Shown: piece after piece, positions 19,484 through 32,000 of the stretch | How the letters are laid out: each line of letters starts with the position of its first letter | Numbering within the stretch: the stretch's first letter is position 1 | IMG/VR virus record: IMGVR_UViG_3300048837_000207 | Coordinates: 1-58,797 of that record | DNA length: 58,797 nt | Direction: 5' to 3' (one strand) | DNA from: a virus | Taxonomy: Duplodnaviria > Caudoviricetes | Made by a program: the position numbers and the translations under genes | The notes under the pieces: model-generated | Database searches by the model: none | The model's input: only the letters and a program-made list of their open reading frames with translations | What the model was told of the DNA's origin: nothing

Positions 19484-19804
19484 ATGTGGGAGAAGGTACA
19501 GGAGTGGGGCTGGAGCCTCGTTTTGCTTGCGCTCGGGGCAGTGGGGACATTGCTCTCTAGGTGGATCTCAATGCTGCATAAGCACGAGAAGCAGCTCGCG
19601 ATTATCGAGCATGAACAGCAGGCTCGAATCGCAGCTTCAACTGAGATGGTCAAGTCTCTGTCGGATATGAACGCCCGCTTGGAAGTGCATCGCAAGGAGT
19701 CGATGGATCGCATGGATTCGTTGCGCCGCGACCTCCGGGAGGACTTCAAGACGCTGATCGAGTTCCACACTCGTAGTGAAGAACGCGACCAGCGACGTGG
19801 CTGA
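19484..19804 (+). CDS. membrane-anchored coiled-coil protein in lysis module
   Basis: N-terminal TM (WSLVLLALGAVGTLL) plus coiled coil; GAAGG RBS. Confidence 0.55.
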   Translation: MWEKVQEWGWSLVLLALGAVGTLLSRWISMLHKHEKQLAIIEHEQQARIAASTEMVKSLSDMNARLEVHRKESMDRMDSLRRDLREDFKTLIEFHTRSEERDQRRG

Positions 19805-20243
19805 CGGACTGACATCGGCGCATCAGGATGTCCTGTGGGGGTTCCTCCGGGACCGCATCGGACTTCCCTACAGCAGTGACCTCGTCTGCATCGGGCGGGT
19901 CATGGACGACAAGCTGATCGCCGTGGTCGGGTTCGCGAACTTCACCGGGACCTCCTGCCACATGCACATGGCTGGGGACCACCCCCGGTGGATGAACAGA
20001 GAGTTCCTTCGGGCGGCCTTCGCCTACCCGTTCGAAGCTCTAGGCTTGACAATGGTGTTCGGAGTCGTACCTTCTGGTAACATCCGGGCACTTGGGATAG
20101 ACCGCAAACTGGGGTTCCGTGAGATTCTCTACATCCCCGGCGCGCATCCCGACGGTGGGATCCACATTCTTCAGATGAAGCGGGAAGAGTGCCGCTGGTT
20201 GAGGACACGCAATGGGAAAGAAGAGTACACCGAAGCCGCCTGA
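19776..20243 (+). CDS. GNAT-fold acetyltransferase-like virion assembly protein
   Basis: AAFAYPFEAL...GVVPSGNIRALGIDRKLGF; precedes the ejection proteins, as in other podoviruses. Confidence 0.7.
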   Translation: MKNATSDVADGLTSAHQDVLWGFLRDRIGLPYSSDLVCIGRVMDDKLIAVVGFANFTGTSCHMHMAGDHPRWMNREFLRAAFAYPFEALGLTMVFGVVPSGNIRALGIDRKLGFREILYIPGAHPDGGIHILQMKREECRWLRTRNGKEEYTEAA

Positions 20244-21279
20244 CCTTCAGCCCTACGCCGATGCGATGTCGCAGCAGGGCGAGTGGGCCTACAGGGCAGG
20301 GCAGGATCAGCTCGCATGGGCGCGTGAACAGGACGCGAGCAACCGCCAGTTGCTCGATCAGGTCCTCGGCCCGCAGCTTCAGGCGCAGCAGGATCAGGCC
20401 CAGTGGGCGCGATCGGACCGCGAGCGGTACGAGAACGTCTACCAGCCGCTTGAGGACAACCTCATTCAGGACTTCCAGTCCTACGGCACCCCGGAACAGC
20501 TCGCTCGCAACCGTGGCCGCGCGATGGCCGACGTGGCGTCGAGCTTCGATGCGCAGCGGCGCAACGCCCTGCAGCGGCTGGAAGGCTTCGGCGTGGACCC
20601 GTCCCAGACCCGCAACGCGGCGCTCGACGTGGCGATGCGGACCCAGCAGGGCGCCGCGCTGGCCGCCGCCGGTACGAACGCCACCCGCATCGACGAGGAC
20701 AAGGCCCGTGCGCTCCGCGCGGACGCCATCAACATCGGTCGCGGCATGCCGTCGCAGGTTGCCCAGTCGTATGGGCAGTCGGTTGCGGCTGGCTCGCAGG
20801 CGATGGGCGGCGCCAACTCGACCTTCGGCACGTCTGCCGGTGCGATGGGGAACCCCACGGCATGGGGGCAGATGGGGCAGTCGGGTGCGATGGGCGCGTC
20901 CAACATCACGAATCAGGGCTTCGCCAACCAGATGACCCAGTACAACGCCCAGCAGGCGGCGAACTCCAGCATGATGTCGGGCATCGGCTCGGCAGTCGGC
21001 ATGGCGGCCATGCTCGCTGACGGCGGCCAGCCCAAGCAGGCGCTGCCGGTGACTCCGGGGCACATCGCCTCCGGCCCCGGCGACGGCTCGGGCATTGACG
21101 ACCAGATGCCGATGGCGATCGTGAACCCCAAGACCGGGCGGATCGAGCAGCAGGCCCGCGTGTCGCCGGACGAGTACATCATCCCGGCTGATGTGGTGCG
21201 CAAGAAGGGCGTGGAGTTCTTCGACAAGCTGCTGGAGAAGTACCACACGCCTGCGGATCAGCAGAGGGCAATGGCATGA
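20212..21279 (+). CDS. internal virion / DNA ejection protein
   Basis: MGKKS.PKPPD start, Gln/Ala/Gly-rich, C-terminal GPGDG...DEYIIPADVV. Confidence 0.7.
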   Translation: MGKKSTPKPPDLQPYADAMSQQGEWAYRAGQDQLAWAREQDASNRQLLDQVLGPQLQAQQDQAQWARSDRERYENVYQPLEDNLIQDFQSYGTPEQLARNRGRAMADVASSFDAQRRNALQRLEGFGVDPSQTRNAALDVAMRTQQGAALAAAGTNATRIDEDKARALRADAINIGRGMPSQVAQSYGQSVAAGSQAMGGANSTFGTSAGAMGNPTAWGQMGQSGAMGASNITNQGFANQMTQYNAQQAANSSMMSGIGSAVGMAAMLADGGQPKQALPVTPGHIASGPGDGSGIDDQMPMAIVNPKTGRIEQQARVSPDEYIIPADVVRKKGVEFFDKLLEKYHTPADQQRAMA

Positions 21280-23003
21280 GCTTCGGCGCATTCATGGAAG
21301 GTCTGCAGGGCGGCGTGAAGTCCGGGCAGGGCATCCGCCGCGAGCGGCAGCTCGACGACATCTACGACGCTGCCACCCGCAAGCTGAAGAACGAGGAAAA
21401 GGCCGACAACATGGCCCGCGCCGATTTCGGCGATGTCGGCGATGACTCGGCGCTCGGGGACCCGTTCGGCCAGCAGTTGTTCAACTGGGCCAAGGGGCTG
21501 TTCAAGGGTGGCGACGACGCCACTACGGCAGTGCCGGACCCCGGCGCGGCGGCCCTGCAGGACAAGGTCTCCGACGTGGAGACAATCCGCACCGGCATCC
21601 CGCAGGAGGACCCCTCCAGCTATCCGGGCGCGGGCCTTGCGCCGTACGCCAATGGTGGGCGGGTGCAGAAGTTCGAAAGCGGGGGCCAGCCGCTCTCGGA
21701 GGAGGAACTCCGCAAGCAGAAGGCCGAGCGGTATGGCACGACCCCGCAGAAGCTCGTCTCGGATCTTGGCAACGCTACAGGCACGGTAGCGCGGGCGATC
21801 CCGGCTGCAGCGAAGTGGGGGGTCCATAAGGTGGCCGATGCCATCGACGTGGGTACAGACGACCCGGTGGATAACTATGCCGAGGGCGCTTTCGACACGC
21901 CTCGTGTTCTCGCGGGGCAGGTGGTGCGCAAGTTCGGCGACTTCGTCGGCGGCGACATCCCGTTCTACGACGAGACCGGCGGCGCGAAGCCGCAGGCACT
22001 GCCGACCCCGGCCCCGACGGCTCCTCCTGCGCGTGGTGTACGCCCCGGCGCACCGCCGAGCGCGGTCGCCCGCAAGCCTGCCGCCGCAGCGCCCGCCGCC
22101 GCGATTCCGACCCCCGGCGCCGCCCCGGCGAAGCAGGCCGAGGCCCCTGTGATGTCCCCCGACGTGATCAAGCAGATCCCGTGGGACAAGGTCAACGTGA
22201 TGGACCTGCCGAAGTTCAAGACGCAGGACTGGGTCAAGTACCGCGAATCCGCCGCTCGCCAGATGGTCATGCGCGGCGGCGTGACGACTCTGGACGCCTA
22301 CGACAAGGTCGATCAGCAGGTGATCGGCATGCAGCAGCGCGGCACCAAGGCCCTGCTGCAGGAAGCCATCATGCGGGTCCAGTCCGGCGACCTGAAGGGA
22401 GCTGGCAACGCTCTCGTGGCGATGTTCCAGTACGTTCCCTCCGGGACGGACGCAGTCGTGGGCACCTACAACGGTCAGCTCGTGGCACAGTTCGTCGACG
22501 AACAGACTGGCCAGCCCGTGGGCGAACCGACTCCGGTCGATGGCAAGATGCTCGGCGACCTGTGGCAGCAGTACGCCAACCCGGCGGCATGGGCCGAGAT
22601 GGCTCAGGACCGGGCGAAGCTCGCGGATCAGGAGGCGCGTACCGGGATCATGCAGGGGACTCTGGATCTCGCCGAGCGCAGGCTCGACGAAGTTGAGATC
22701 CCCGAGGCGCAGTCCAGTGCGGACTACCGGGCGTTGATCGGAGAGGCGTCAATGGCGAAGGCGGTCGGCGGCGGGGCGGAGGGCCTCAAGCCGTCGGAGC
22801 AGCTCGCCAGCGACAAGGATGTGCGGGACGTGGTTTCGCAGTACGCCATGATGCAGGATGAGGATGGGAACCTGTTGCACCCCAAGCTGCAGGACCCTAA
22901 CATCCAGCATGCGCTCCTCACTGCTATCATGAAGATGAAGCGGCAGTCGGGGGCGCCGACGGAAGAGATTCTGCTGCAGATTCTGAACGCCGCGAAGGAA
23001 TAA
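21276..23003 (+). CDS. internal virion / DNA ejection protein
   Basis: MSFGAFMEGLQGG start, Pro/Ala linker, position before the giant protein. Confidence 0.6.
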   Translation: MSFGAFMEGLQGGVKSGQGIRRERQLDDIYDAATRKLKNEEKADNMARADFGDVGDDSALGDPFGQQLFNWAKGLFKGGDDATTAVPDPGAAALQDKVSDVETIRTGIPQEDPSSYPGAGLAPYANGGRVQKFESGGQPLSEEELRKQKAERYGTTPQKLVSDLGNATGTVARAIPAAAKWGVHKVADAIDVGTDDPVDNYAEGAFDTPRVLAGQVVRKFGDFVGGDIPFYDETGGAKPQALPTPAPTAPPARGVRPGAPPSAVARKPAAAAPAAAIPTPGAAPAKQAEAPVMSPDVIKQIPWDKVNVMDLPKFKTQDWVKYRESAARQMVMRGGVTTLDAYDKVDQQVIGMQQRGTKALLQEAIMRVQSGDLKGAGNALVAMFQYVPSGTDAVVGTYNGQLVAQFVDEQTGQPVGEPTPVDGKMLGDLWQQYANPAAWAEMAQDRAKLADQEARTGIMQGTLDLAERRLDEVEIPEAQSSADYRALIGEASMAKAVGGGAEGLKPSEQLASDKDVRDVVSQYAMMQDEDGNLLHPKLQDPNIQHALLTAIMKMKRQSGAPTEEILLQILNAAKE

Positions 23004-23007
23004 CCTG

Positions 23008-26000
23008 ATGGCCTCTCTGGAAGAAGTGCTGGCCCAGATCAACGGATCTGGCCCGGACCTCACTACGCCTGAAGATGTGATTCAGGGGCAGGCGGGGAGT
23101 GTCGGCGGGCCTGATCTCCCTCGCGGCATCCGGAACAACAACCCCGGCAACATCCGGCGCTCCGCGATCCCGTGGGAAGGTAAGGTCGAGGGCACGGACA
23201 CGGCGTTCGAGACCTTCGCCACCCCTGAGCATGGCATGCGGGCGTTGGAGAAGAACCTCACGACGTACCAGACCAAGCATGGGCTGGACACCCCGCGCAA
23301 GATCATCGGGCGGTGGGCGCCGCCGACCGAGAACGACACCGGGGCCTACGTCAACGCCGTGGCTCAGGCACTTGGCGTCGGCCCGGATGACCCTATCAAC
23401 GTGCAAGACCCGGCGGTCATGCAGCGGTTGCGCGATGCGATCATCCAGCACGAGAACGGCCAGAACCCGTACGCGGGCGGCGCGGCTGCGCCCACTGCGG
23501 CCCCGGCCAGCCCCGGCGTGGATGTCGCGGGCGCTCGCCAGCGGGCCATCGGGACCCGCGAGACGATGGAATCCGCTCGGGACAGCATTGGCACCAGCGA
23601 GGACTACAACACCCTCCTGCAGGGCGCTGCGGGCCTCCTGAAGGGCGCGGCCCCCGGCGGCAGCGTCTCTGCAGGCGACTACGGAAAGTCGGCTGTGGCC
23701 TCTCTGGGTTCGCTCGGCAGCATGTTGGCGGGCGCGGGCGAGTACGCCTCGCAGCAGCTCGGTGCTGGTGAAGGTACCGGGAACGAGGCATGGCGCTCGC
23801 TTTCCCCCATGTTCGCTGCAATGCGCGAGACGACCGACGCCTTCACGCAGGAGTGGCTGGACAAGCGGTCGGACGAAGCCAAGGAGCGGGCCGCCCGCCA
23901 GTTTACGACGCTCGACCCCGACCAGACCATCTGGCAGGGCGGCATGGGCGAGTTCGTCTCCAGCATCGCGCTCAAGGGCGCAGAGTCGCTGGCCCCCACG
24001 ATCGTTCCTCTCGGCGGCGCGGCCCTCCTCGGTCGGCTGTCGGTAGTCGCCGCATCGACGGTCCTCGGTGGCTCCGAGGCCGTACTGAGCATGGGCGCTG
24101 CCGCAGCGGACATGGCCGACGCCGTCCGCGAGGCTCCGATCGAGGAGCTGATGTCCTCGCCCCAGTTCCAGACACGGCTGAAGGAAGCTGGCGGCAACGA
24201 GGTCGCGGCCCGCGAGGCGTTCATCAACGACGTGCAGGGGTGGTCGCCGATCATCACTGGCGCGATCGTCGGCCTCACGGCCAAGATCGTCGGCAGGTCC
24301 TTCGACGAGATCTTCAGCCCTGACAAGGGCCTCGGCCTGTTCAAGCGGACCGGCGTGGGCTTCACGTCGGAGGCCACACAGGAAGCTGGCCAGTCGGCAG
24401 CGGAGCAGGTCGCCCAGAACGTCGCCCGTCGTGTGTACAACAGCGACACGGGCGTCTGGGACGGGGTCCTCGAAGCCTCGCTGCAGGGCGCGGCGGTCGG
24501 TGGCCCGATGGGCGGTGGCATGGCCGCAGCCTTCGGCACCCGGCCCCAGCCGGTCAAGCCCAAGGAGCAGGCGGTTCCGGACGACATCGCCGCTGCCGTC
24601 AACCCGGTTCCGGTCGGTGCGCCGACGGTTCCCGACACGACTGCCATCCCCGTTCCGAATGTCGATCCGACCGGAACAATGAACGCGCCGGAGCAGGAGG
24701 GCATGTTTGCTGGCATCGGCCCGCAGACGTGGACCGATATGGGCGGTGGAGAGCCGCCCCCGCCGCCCAGTGGCGGAGGCCCCGGCACTCCGGGGATGAG
24801 CTTCGGTAACGAGCAGGTAGCGCGAGCGATCGACACCGCGCCGTTGAGCGCGATACAGGGGACGGAGCCGCCCCCGCGAGCAGGGCAGTATCCCGGCTTC
24901 GCTGCCAACATCCCCGGCCCGCAGGATCCGTTCGACACGACTGGCATGGAAACGGTGGAGCCGCCGCCGCCGCCGATGCCGCCCAACGCCGGTCCGCAGT
25001 TGGACCCGGACACGCTGCCGTTCGTCCCGCCGGAAGCCCCGGCACAGGGCGAGCCGCCCGTACCGTATCAGCCCGCGCAGGAAGATCAGGTGCTGCTGGA
25101 AGGCCAGCCGCCCGACAAGACCTCTCGCCAGCAGGTCGGCTGGCGCGTGCGCCGCCTCGACCGACAGGGCAACGTCATTGCCTCCAAGCTCATGGGCAAG
25201 GAGGAGGCCGCTAACGGCATGGCCGAGGTCTGGCGCAAGGAGTCCGAGGCCAAGGGCACCGGGGACACGATCGAAGTCCTCCCGGCGCGGCAGACGGTCC
25301 TCGGCGATCGCTCGCCGGAAGCGGAGTCCGTCGGCGACTACATGGCGCAGCTCGACGACCTCCAGTCGGAGGACCGCCGGGGCGTCTACATCTCCAAGAA
25401 GGGCCTCGCGCACCTGAAGGCCGTCGGCAAGCTGGACGAGGTTCTGGGCCGGGGCGTGCCGATCCGCAACTTCGACAACCTCGGCGGCATCATGGTCGCC
25501 AAGGGCGGCGCTGCCGCCCGCGAGCTGATCGAACTCAAGGAGACCGACGCCGGGTCGCTGGACGAGATCATCGGTTACGCCACGACCGCTGGCCGTGGCA
25601 AGCCTGTGGGGAAGGATTCGCTCGTTGCCCAGAAGGTGGACGAGGACCTCAACGTCGTCCGCGAGCGGCTCATCAGTCCTGCGGAGAAGCAGCAGGTCAT
25701 CGAGGAGTGGGGCGAGGATGTGCGGTTCGTGCGACCCGAGAAGGCGCTGGCCGACCGCAAGGCGCGAGTCGCGGCTGATCGCAAGCCCGTCCAGTCACAG
25801 GACGTTGCACAGTCGAAGGAGAAGGTCGGTGAGCTGTTCACTGGTCCGGTCATTGGCGGCGACAAGGCACGGGCTGAGGCGCTGGTCGAGCAGGATCCGG
25901 ACATCACCGAGGACGAGGTCGGCGAGAAGCTGATCCAGTCCGCTGCCGTCACCGCCAAGGCGGAGCGTGAGCGCCGCAAGTTCGGCGACCTCCCGGCCCC

Positions 26001-29000
26001 CGAGGACGTGTACTTCCGTGGTAAGGAAGTCACGCAGGCCGCTCGCACCGCGCAGTCCGCTGGCAAGACGAAGGCGGAACTGGAAGCGCAGAAGGCCGAG
26101 CTGGAGGCCACCCCGCTCTCCCCCTTGGAGGATGCAAAGACCCGGCAGGAAACCCTGACCCGGATCTCCGACGCAATCTACGAAGCGAACCGGGACGTTC
26201 AGAAGGCCGCTGGCACCGTCACCGGCACCAAGGACGTGGCGGCGCAGCGCCAGCAGGAGTACCGCGACCTCTACGGCAAGCTGGTCGATGCGGCGATCCG
26301 CGTCGAGATACAGCAGGACATGGGGTCCGATCAGGACGCGACCGAGGCACAGGCTGCCTACGATCAGGCGCTTGAGGACATCAAGCTGTTCATGCAGGTC
26401 GAGGGTGCGTACACCCGTGGCGAGGCGCTGGCCGACGCCGCGATGCGCTTCAGCCCCAAGGCCCGCAAGAAGGTTTTCGCACGCACGCAGGCCGCGAAGG
26501 AGAACAAGCGCGACCTCACTGCTGTGGAGAAGGCTGTCGAGCAGGGCTTCCGGGCACGGCCCGACGAAGTCACGACCGACGAGATGTCGCCGAAGGAGGC
26601 TCGCGCAGCGGGCAAGCTCCGCAACACGGGCGAGCAGGTCGTCAGCGACACCGTCTCGGCGGAGAACGTCGCGCGGGCGGCACGGGTCAGTGCGCTCAGT
26701 GCTGCGGAGCTGGGGAAGGTCAAGCTCCACACGAAGCGGCTGGAGGCGGCTGCGAAGAAGCTCGAAGGCATGCTGACGGATCCGGAGACCCGGTATCTCG
26801 TCCGCCGCTGGCTGGGCGAGTACATGCTGGCCATGCGCCGCAACACCCCCGCCGAGCAGCGGAACGTCAAGACGAACCGGAACTGGGCATGGCACGGTCG
26901 CGCTGGCCGTGTGACCGAGATGGTCGGCAACCTGTTCGGCGAGAACGTCACGGCTGCGACCCAGCAGAAGGGACTGGAGAACGTCGCCACTCGTGTGGTG
27001 AAGCTCGCCTCGCGTGCCAACCGGCTGGGCATCGGCGCCGAGATGGACCCGACCGGGTTCATTCTGGCGATCGAGAGCGGCAAGGCTTCGGAGCTGGAGG
27101 CGTTCCTCACCGAGCAGGTGACACCGCTGGAGGACACGGGCTTCCCGAGCGACCTCACGAAGGACGCGCTGGAGGCGATGGACCCCGGCACCCTGAACAC
27201 GCTCTACGTTCGTGCAGTGAACTTCATGGACGCCGAGCGCACCCCCGACGTGGTGCGGGCGTTCATGGTCCGTGGGGTCAAGAAGTGGCTGGGCCGTCGG
27301 TTCTCTACTGGAGAAGTCAACGTCAACGAGGACCGGAACGTACGCACCGGCGAGAAGGCTGTCCCGGCGACATTCAAGGAGCGCGACGCCAAAGGTAATG
27401 TGACGAAGGAGTGGGAGCCCGCGCCACGCTTCGTTTCCGCCCGACAGCTCTACAACGAGTTGATCAGCGGAAGCTCGTCGATGCAGGGTACCGGCGGCGA
27501 CAAGCGCATGCCGCTCGACCAGCTCAAGGAGCTGTACGCGCTCGCCGTGGAAGAGTCCAAGAGCGCGGCCAAGGCCAAGGATCGCCTGCCGGAGCGCCCG
27601 ATGGGGCTGTACCGGAACAAGCTCCTCCGTCGTGTTGCGAAGAGCGACAAGGTCGAGGACATCCTGCGTGCGTCGGCCAAGGCGGGCAAGCAGAAGGTCG
27701 GCACTGGCGGCACGCAGCTCACTCGGACGACGACCGACAAGGCGACCCCGGACAAGTACACGAAGGCGGAGTCGAAGTACTCCCCCGGCGTGTTGCTCAA
27801 CAACGATCCTCCCCGCGAGCTGAAGGGCAAGGCGAAGGAGGAACACGAGGCCAAGCAGAGGCAGGCTATCTCCGAGATGGCCCGCGAAGATGTGGCGTTC
27901 GATGAGTTCCTCACGAAGCTGGAGAAGAACCGCGACTTCGCGGCCATCGCCAGCGAGGTTGACGGTAAGGGCAGGATGACAGAGCGCGCCAGACTCGCTC
28001 GCAATGCCCAGACTTACGCTACATGGTTGAGCCTGTACCTTGGCTCGTTCGTGAAGCTCAACGAGGCACAGCAGCTCCAGAACCCGAAGGTGCTGGACGA
28101 AGTTCTGCAGCTTGTCGAAGATCTGCGGAACATCCGCAACCTGCCGATGAAGAACTTCATCACTCAGTTGGGCGGGGCGTTTGGCGTCGAAATGGCCGCG
28201 CAGGAGAAGCGGGCGCGGGGCGCGATCAACAACGCGCTCGACAAGCGTAACCCGCAGGATAAGGGGCAGTGGATGGCTGCTTCACTGGCCCGCCTTGGGG
28301 CGACGGAAGCGGCACTGGACCGGCTCAACGAGCAGTGGAAGAACAGCGAGGAATACGTCGAGATCATCCAGCCGATACTGGCAAACATCCGCAAGGCGCT
28401 TATTCGCGACAAGTGGTACAGCTACGAGTTGACGGATGACGAGCAGGACGCTGTCTCTTGGCTGTTCGCCAAGTGGTCGAGGAATGAGGAGTGGATGAAC
28501 CGGCTCACGAAGAAGCAGCGTGAAGCCATCGAGAAGCTGCCGTTCGACCAGACGCTGAAGGATGAACTGTACGACCCGCTGAGCAAGCAGCTTGCAGCTA
28601 CTGGGTTCCCCAACCGGGACGTGGCGCTGGAGAAGAAGTTCGTCAAGCGGTTCGGGAAGGACGCAGGAACGCCCCGCGAGCGTGTGCTGGAAGGCGATGT
28701 CGTCTACAGGCTCGACGCAGACGGAAACCGCATCCCGACTATCACCGGCAAGGAAGTCGGCGGTGCGTGGGCGCTGCCGGACGACCCCAACACCCCGGAG
28801 AACCAGCTCGCCGATCGGATCCGTGAAGCGTCACTGCCTCCGGAGCAGCGTGCCCGCGCTCGCGAAGAAGCTCTTGTCAACATGACGGACGAGGAAGCGG
28901 ACAAGCTTCCGGCAGGGCGGAAGGAGGAACGGCAGCGGCTGCTGACCGAGTCGAAGGCCACGCGCTACGCCGCTCAGCTCCAGAAGGTTCAGGACCTGAT

Positions 29001-32000
29001 GCAGGAGTTCCGTGACTACGTGTCGGGGAACCTGCGCAACGTCACCGCCGCCGCGATCAACGCCGCCGAGTCTCGGATGATCGAAGCCCTGCGTGACCTT
29101 GGCGCGTGGAAGGACATCTCCAAGAAGGATGGCACCGGCACGATCAAGCTGCCGGACGCAGAGTCCGTCATGCGTCAGATCGAGAAGCTCACAGCCGATA
29201 TGCGGGCGCTCGAAGCAGAGTACGGCTACCACCGCGTGGCGGTTCGCGACAGCAAGGGCAAGCCTACCGGCGAGACCAAGTTGCTGTTCATCGGCGGCGA
29301 GCGCACTGACGCCAAGGGGCGGCTGGTCGGGCAGGACCCGAAGTACCTCAAGCAGTGGGACAAGCTGGCCGAGGAGATGAACGACGCGCAGGCGCAGCTC
29401 GCGCTGCTCCCGCGAGGCCCGAAGTTCAAGACCGAAGCCATCACCTACCGGCGCCTTGGCGACCGGCTGGTGCAGGGCCTCGTGACCAAGGCACAGGTGG
29501 CCGAGAACGCTGCGGTGCTGAAGCTCCGCCGGTTCATGACCGAGATCGAGCGCCAGCTCACGCTCGGCCTGCCCAAGACTCCGCAGCCGCGTAAGTCCGC
29601 GTGGAAGGGCCTGCCGCTGGACGAGAACGACAAGCCTCTGGACCCTCCCCGCAAGCTCACCGAGAAGGAGGAACTCGCACGGGCCAAGGCCGAGGCTCGC
29701 GAGTCGCTGGCGAACCAGCAGGAACCCCTCCCTTTTGAGGTAGCTCAGGCGGTCAATCGCCTGAGCGGCAAGCTGAATCTCGACCTCACTGCGATGTCGG
29801 GAGATGCCGCCGCGCCCACCGCCAACGAGTCGGAGGCGTACAGCGCGATCACTACTGCACTGGCGAACGCCCCCGAGGGCGCGACGATGGGCGATGTGGT
29901 CGCCGACCTGCAGAGCAGTCTGGAACGTGATCACCCGTACCAGCCGCTGCTCGCCAAGCTGGCGCGGTTCCCCGAGATCGCGGCGACCAACGTCCGGTTC
30001 GTGGAACTGATTCCCGGCACGAAGGGCAACGGTGTCGGTCGGCTCGTTCTGGACAGCGAGAACAAGCCGCGCATCATCCTGAGCAGGAAGTGGTTCGGCG
30101 CCAACGGCCTCAACCCGGTCGAGGGCCTGCATGCGCTGCTGCACGAGATGGTCCACGCTGCCACGGTGGGCAACATCATCGGGCCGATGTACGGCAACCG
30201 TGAGCTGCGCAACCGGATTGACACCTTGCGCAAGATCGCTCGCGAGAAGTTCGGCGATCGGTTCGACTATGCCACCAGCGATGTCTACGAGTTCGTGGCC
30301 GAGGCGTACACCAACGCCGAGTTCCAGCGTGCGCTGAAGGACTACAAGGCTGCCGAGCTGGCGAAGTCCTCGCTCTGGAATCGCTTCGTGAACATCGTCC
30401 GCACCTTCATGGGGCTGGACACCGAGTTCACCGACCTGCTCGACGCCGTCATGACTATCACGACGGACACCTTCGGGCCGACGCCGTTCGACAAGTACAG
30501 CAAGCGTGTGGTGGATCTGGAAGGCGCTGGCTTGAATCTGGGCGTGGACACCTTCTTGGACAAGCACGTCACTCCTGTGACGAACGCGCTGAAGGACCGG
30601 GCCAAGCTCCGCGCCGACATGGTTCGCGAAGGCACCACGGCCCTGAACCGGCTCGCCGAGGCGGGCCGCAGGTTCATGGTCAAGTCGCTGACGGTCCGCC
30701 AGCTCCACGACTTCTTCGTCAACGAGTTCGGTGGCAAGGACGGCGCCTTGGCCAAGTGGTTCGCTGCGTGGGAGGCCCGCAACGCCTCTGCCACACACGA
30801 GCTGGGAGTCGCCGACAAGCTCTCCCGCCGCTGGACGTTGCTGCGCGATGCAGACCCGGAGGCCGAAGTCCGGCTCTCCGAAGTGATGCACGACGCGACG
30901 ACCTACGGCATGCACATCGACGAGGCGTTCCCGTCCGCTGCCGCATTTCAGGCGAAGGCCAATCTGGCTGCGCTCAAGGCGAGCAAGGCCCGCAAGGCGT
31001 ACGAAGAAGCCAAGGTGGTGTTCGACGCGACCTACGGCAAGCAGCCCAACATCCATCTGGAAGAGAGCCAGCGGGGTGACTACGACAAGATCCGGGCAGA
31101 GTGGGACAAGCTGACCCCGGAAGCGCAGGCGCTCTACAAGGAAGTGCGGAACTACTACCGCGAGACGATCGACCGCGAGAGCAGGCTGATGATGCTCAAC
31201 GCGATCCGGTCGAGCAAGCTCTACGACGGCGAGTTCACGCTCACCGAGAACGACATCGACTTCGAAAAGATCAACGAGGGCGAGGGCGGCATCAACGGCT
31301 GGCTCCAGCGCACGCTCGGGATCGACATCGCTGCCGACAAGAAGGCGATCGAGAAGCTGAAGGAAAGCCTCAAGACGGACTCGGCGACCCTCACGAAGGA
31401 CCAGATCCGGGCACGCAAGCAGGCCCTGCGCCTGACCCAGATTGATCTGGCCGAGGAGATCGACCAGCTCCGCATCGTGGCCAAGATGGCGAGCATCCCG
31501 CGCCTGAAGAAGGGTCCGTATTTCCCGAAGCGCCGGTTCGGCGACTACGTCGTCCGCGCCGAGAAGCTGATCGAGGTCAAGCGGTTCGCGAACCGGCCCG
31601 AGGCCAATGCGTGGAAGCACGAGCAGCAGCTCAAGGACCCGACGATCCAGTTCAAGGAAAAGCGCCACGAGGACGGCACGATGGACGTTGCCGCCATCGA
31701 GGTTGAGTTCAGGACTGGGGAAACCTACACCGAGGCTGCGAACGCCCGCGAGGAGCTGATCCGGATCTACGGCAAGGACGCGGTCACGGACATCGACACG
31801 AAGTCGAACCAGTTCGCGCGAGATGCGTCGATCCCGTCGAACGCGGCGCTGCAGGCGCTGCTCGGCAAGCTGGAAGGGAACCCCGGCGCACAGGCGGCGC
31901 TGCGGAACTTCTACCTGCAGACGCTGAGCGACAAGTCGTTCCGCAAGAACGAGATCAAGCGCAAGAACATCCGTGGCGCCGACGCTGCGAACCAGCAGCG

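Noticed and set aside
19027-19804. Spanin pair in the lysis cassette
   Set aside because: No lipobox-containing o-spanin ORF was recognised; the TM plus coiled-coil ORF is left unassigned
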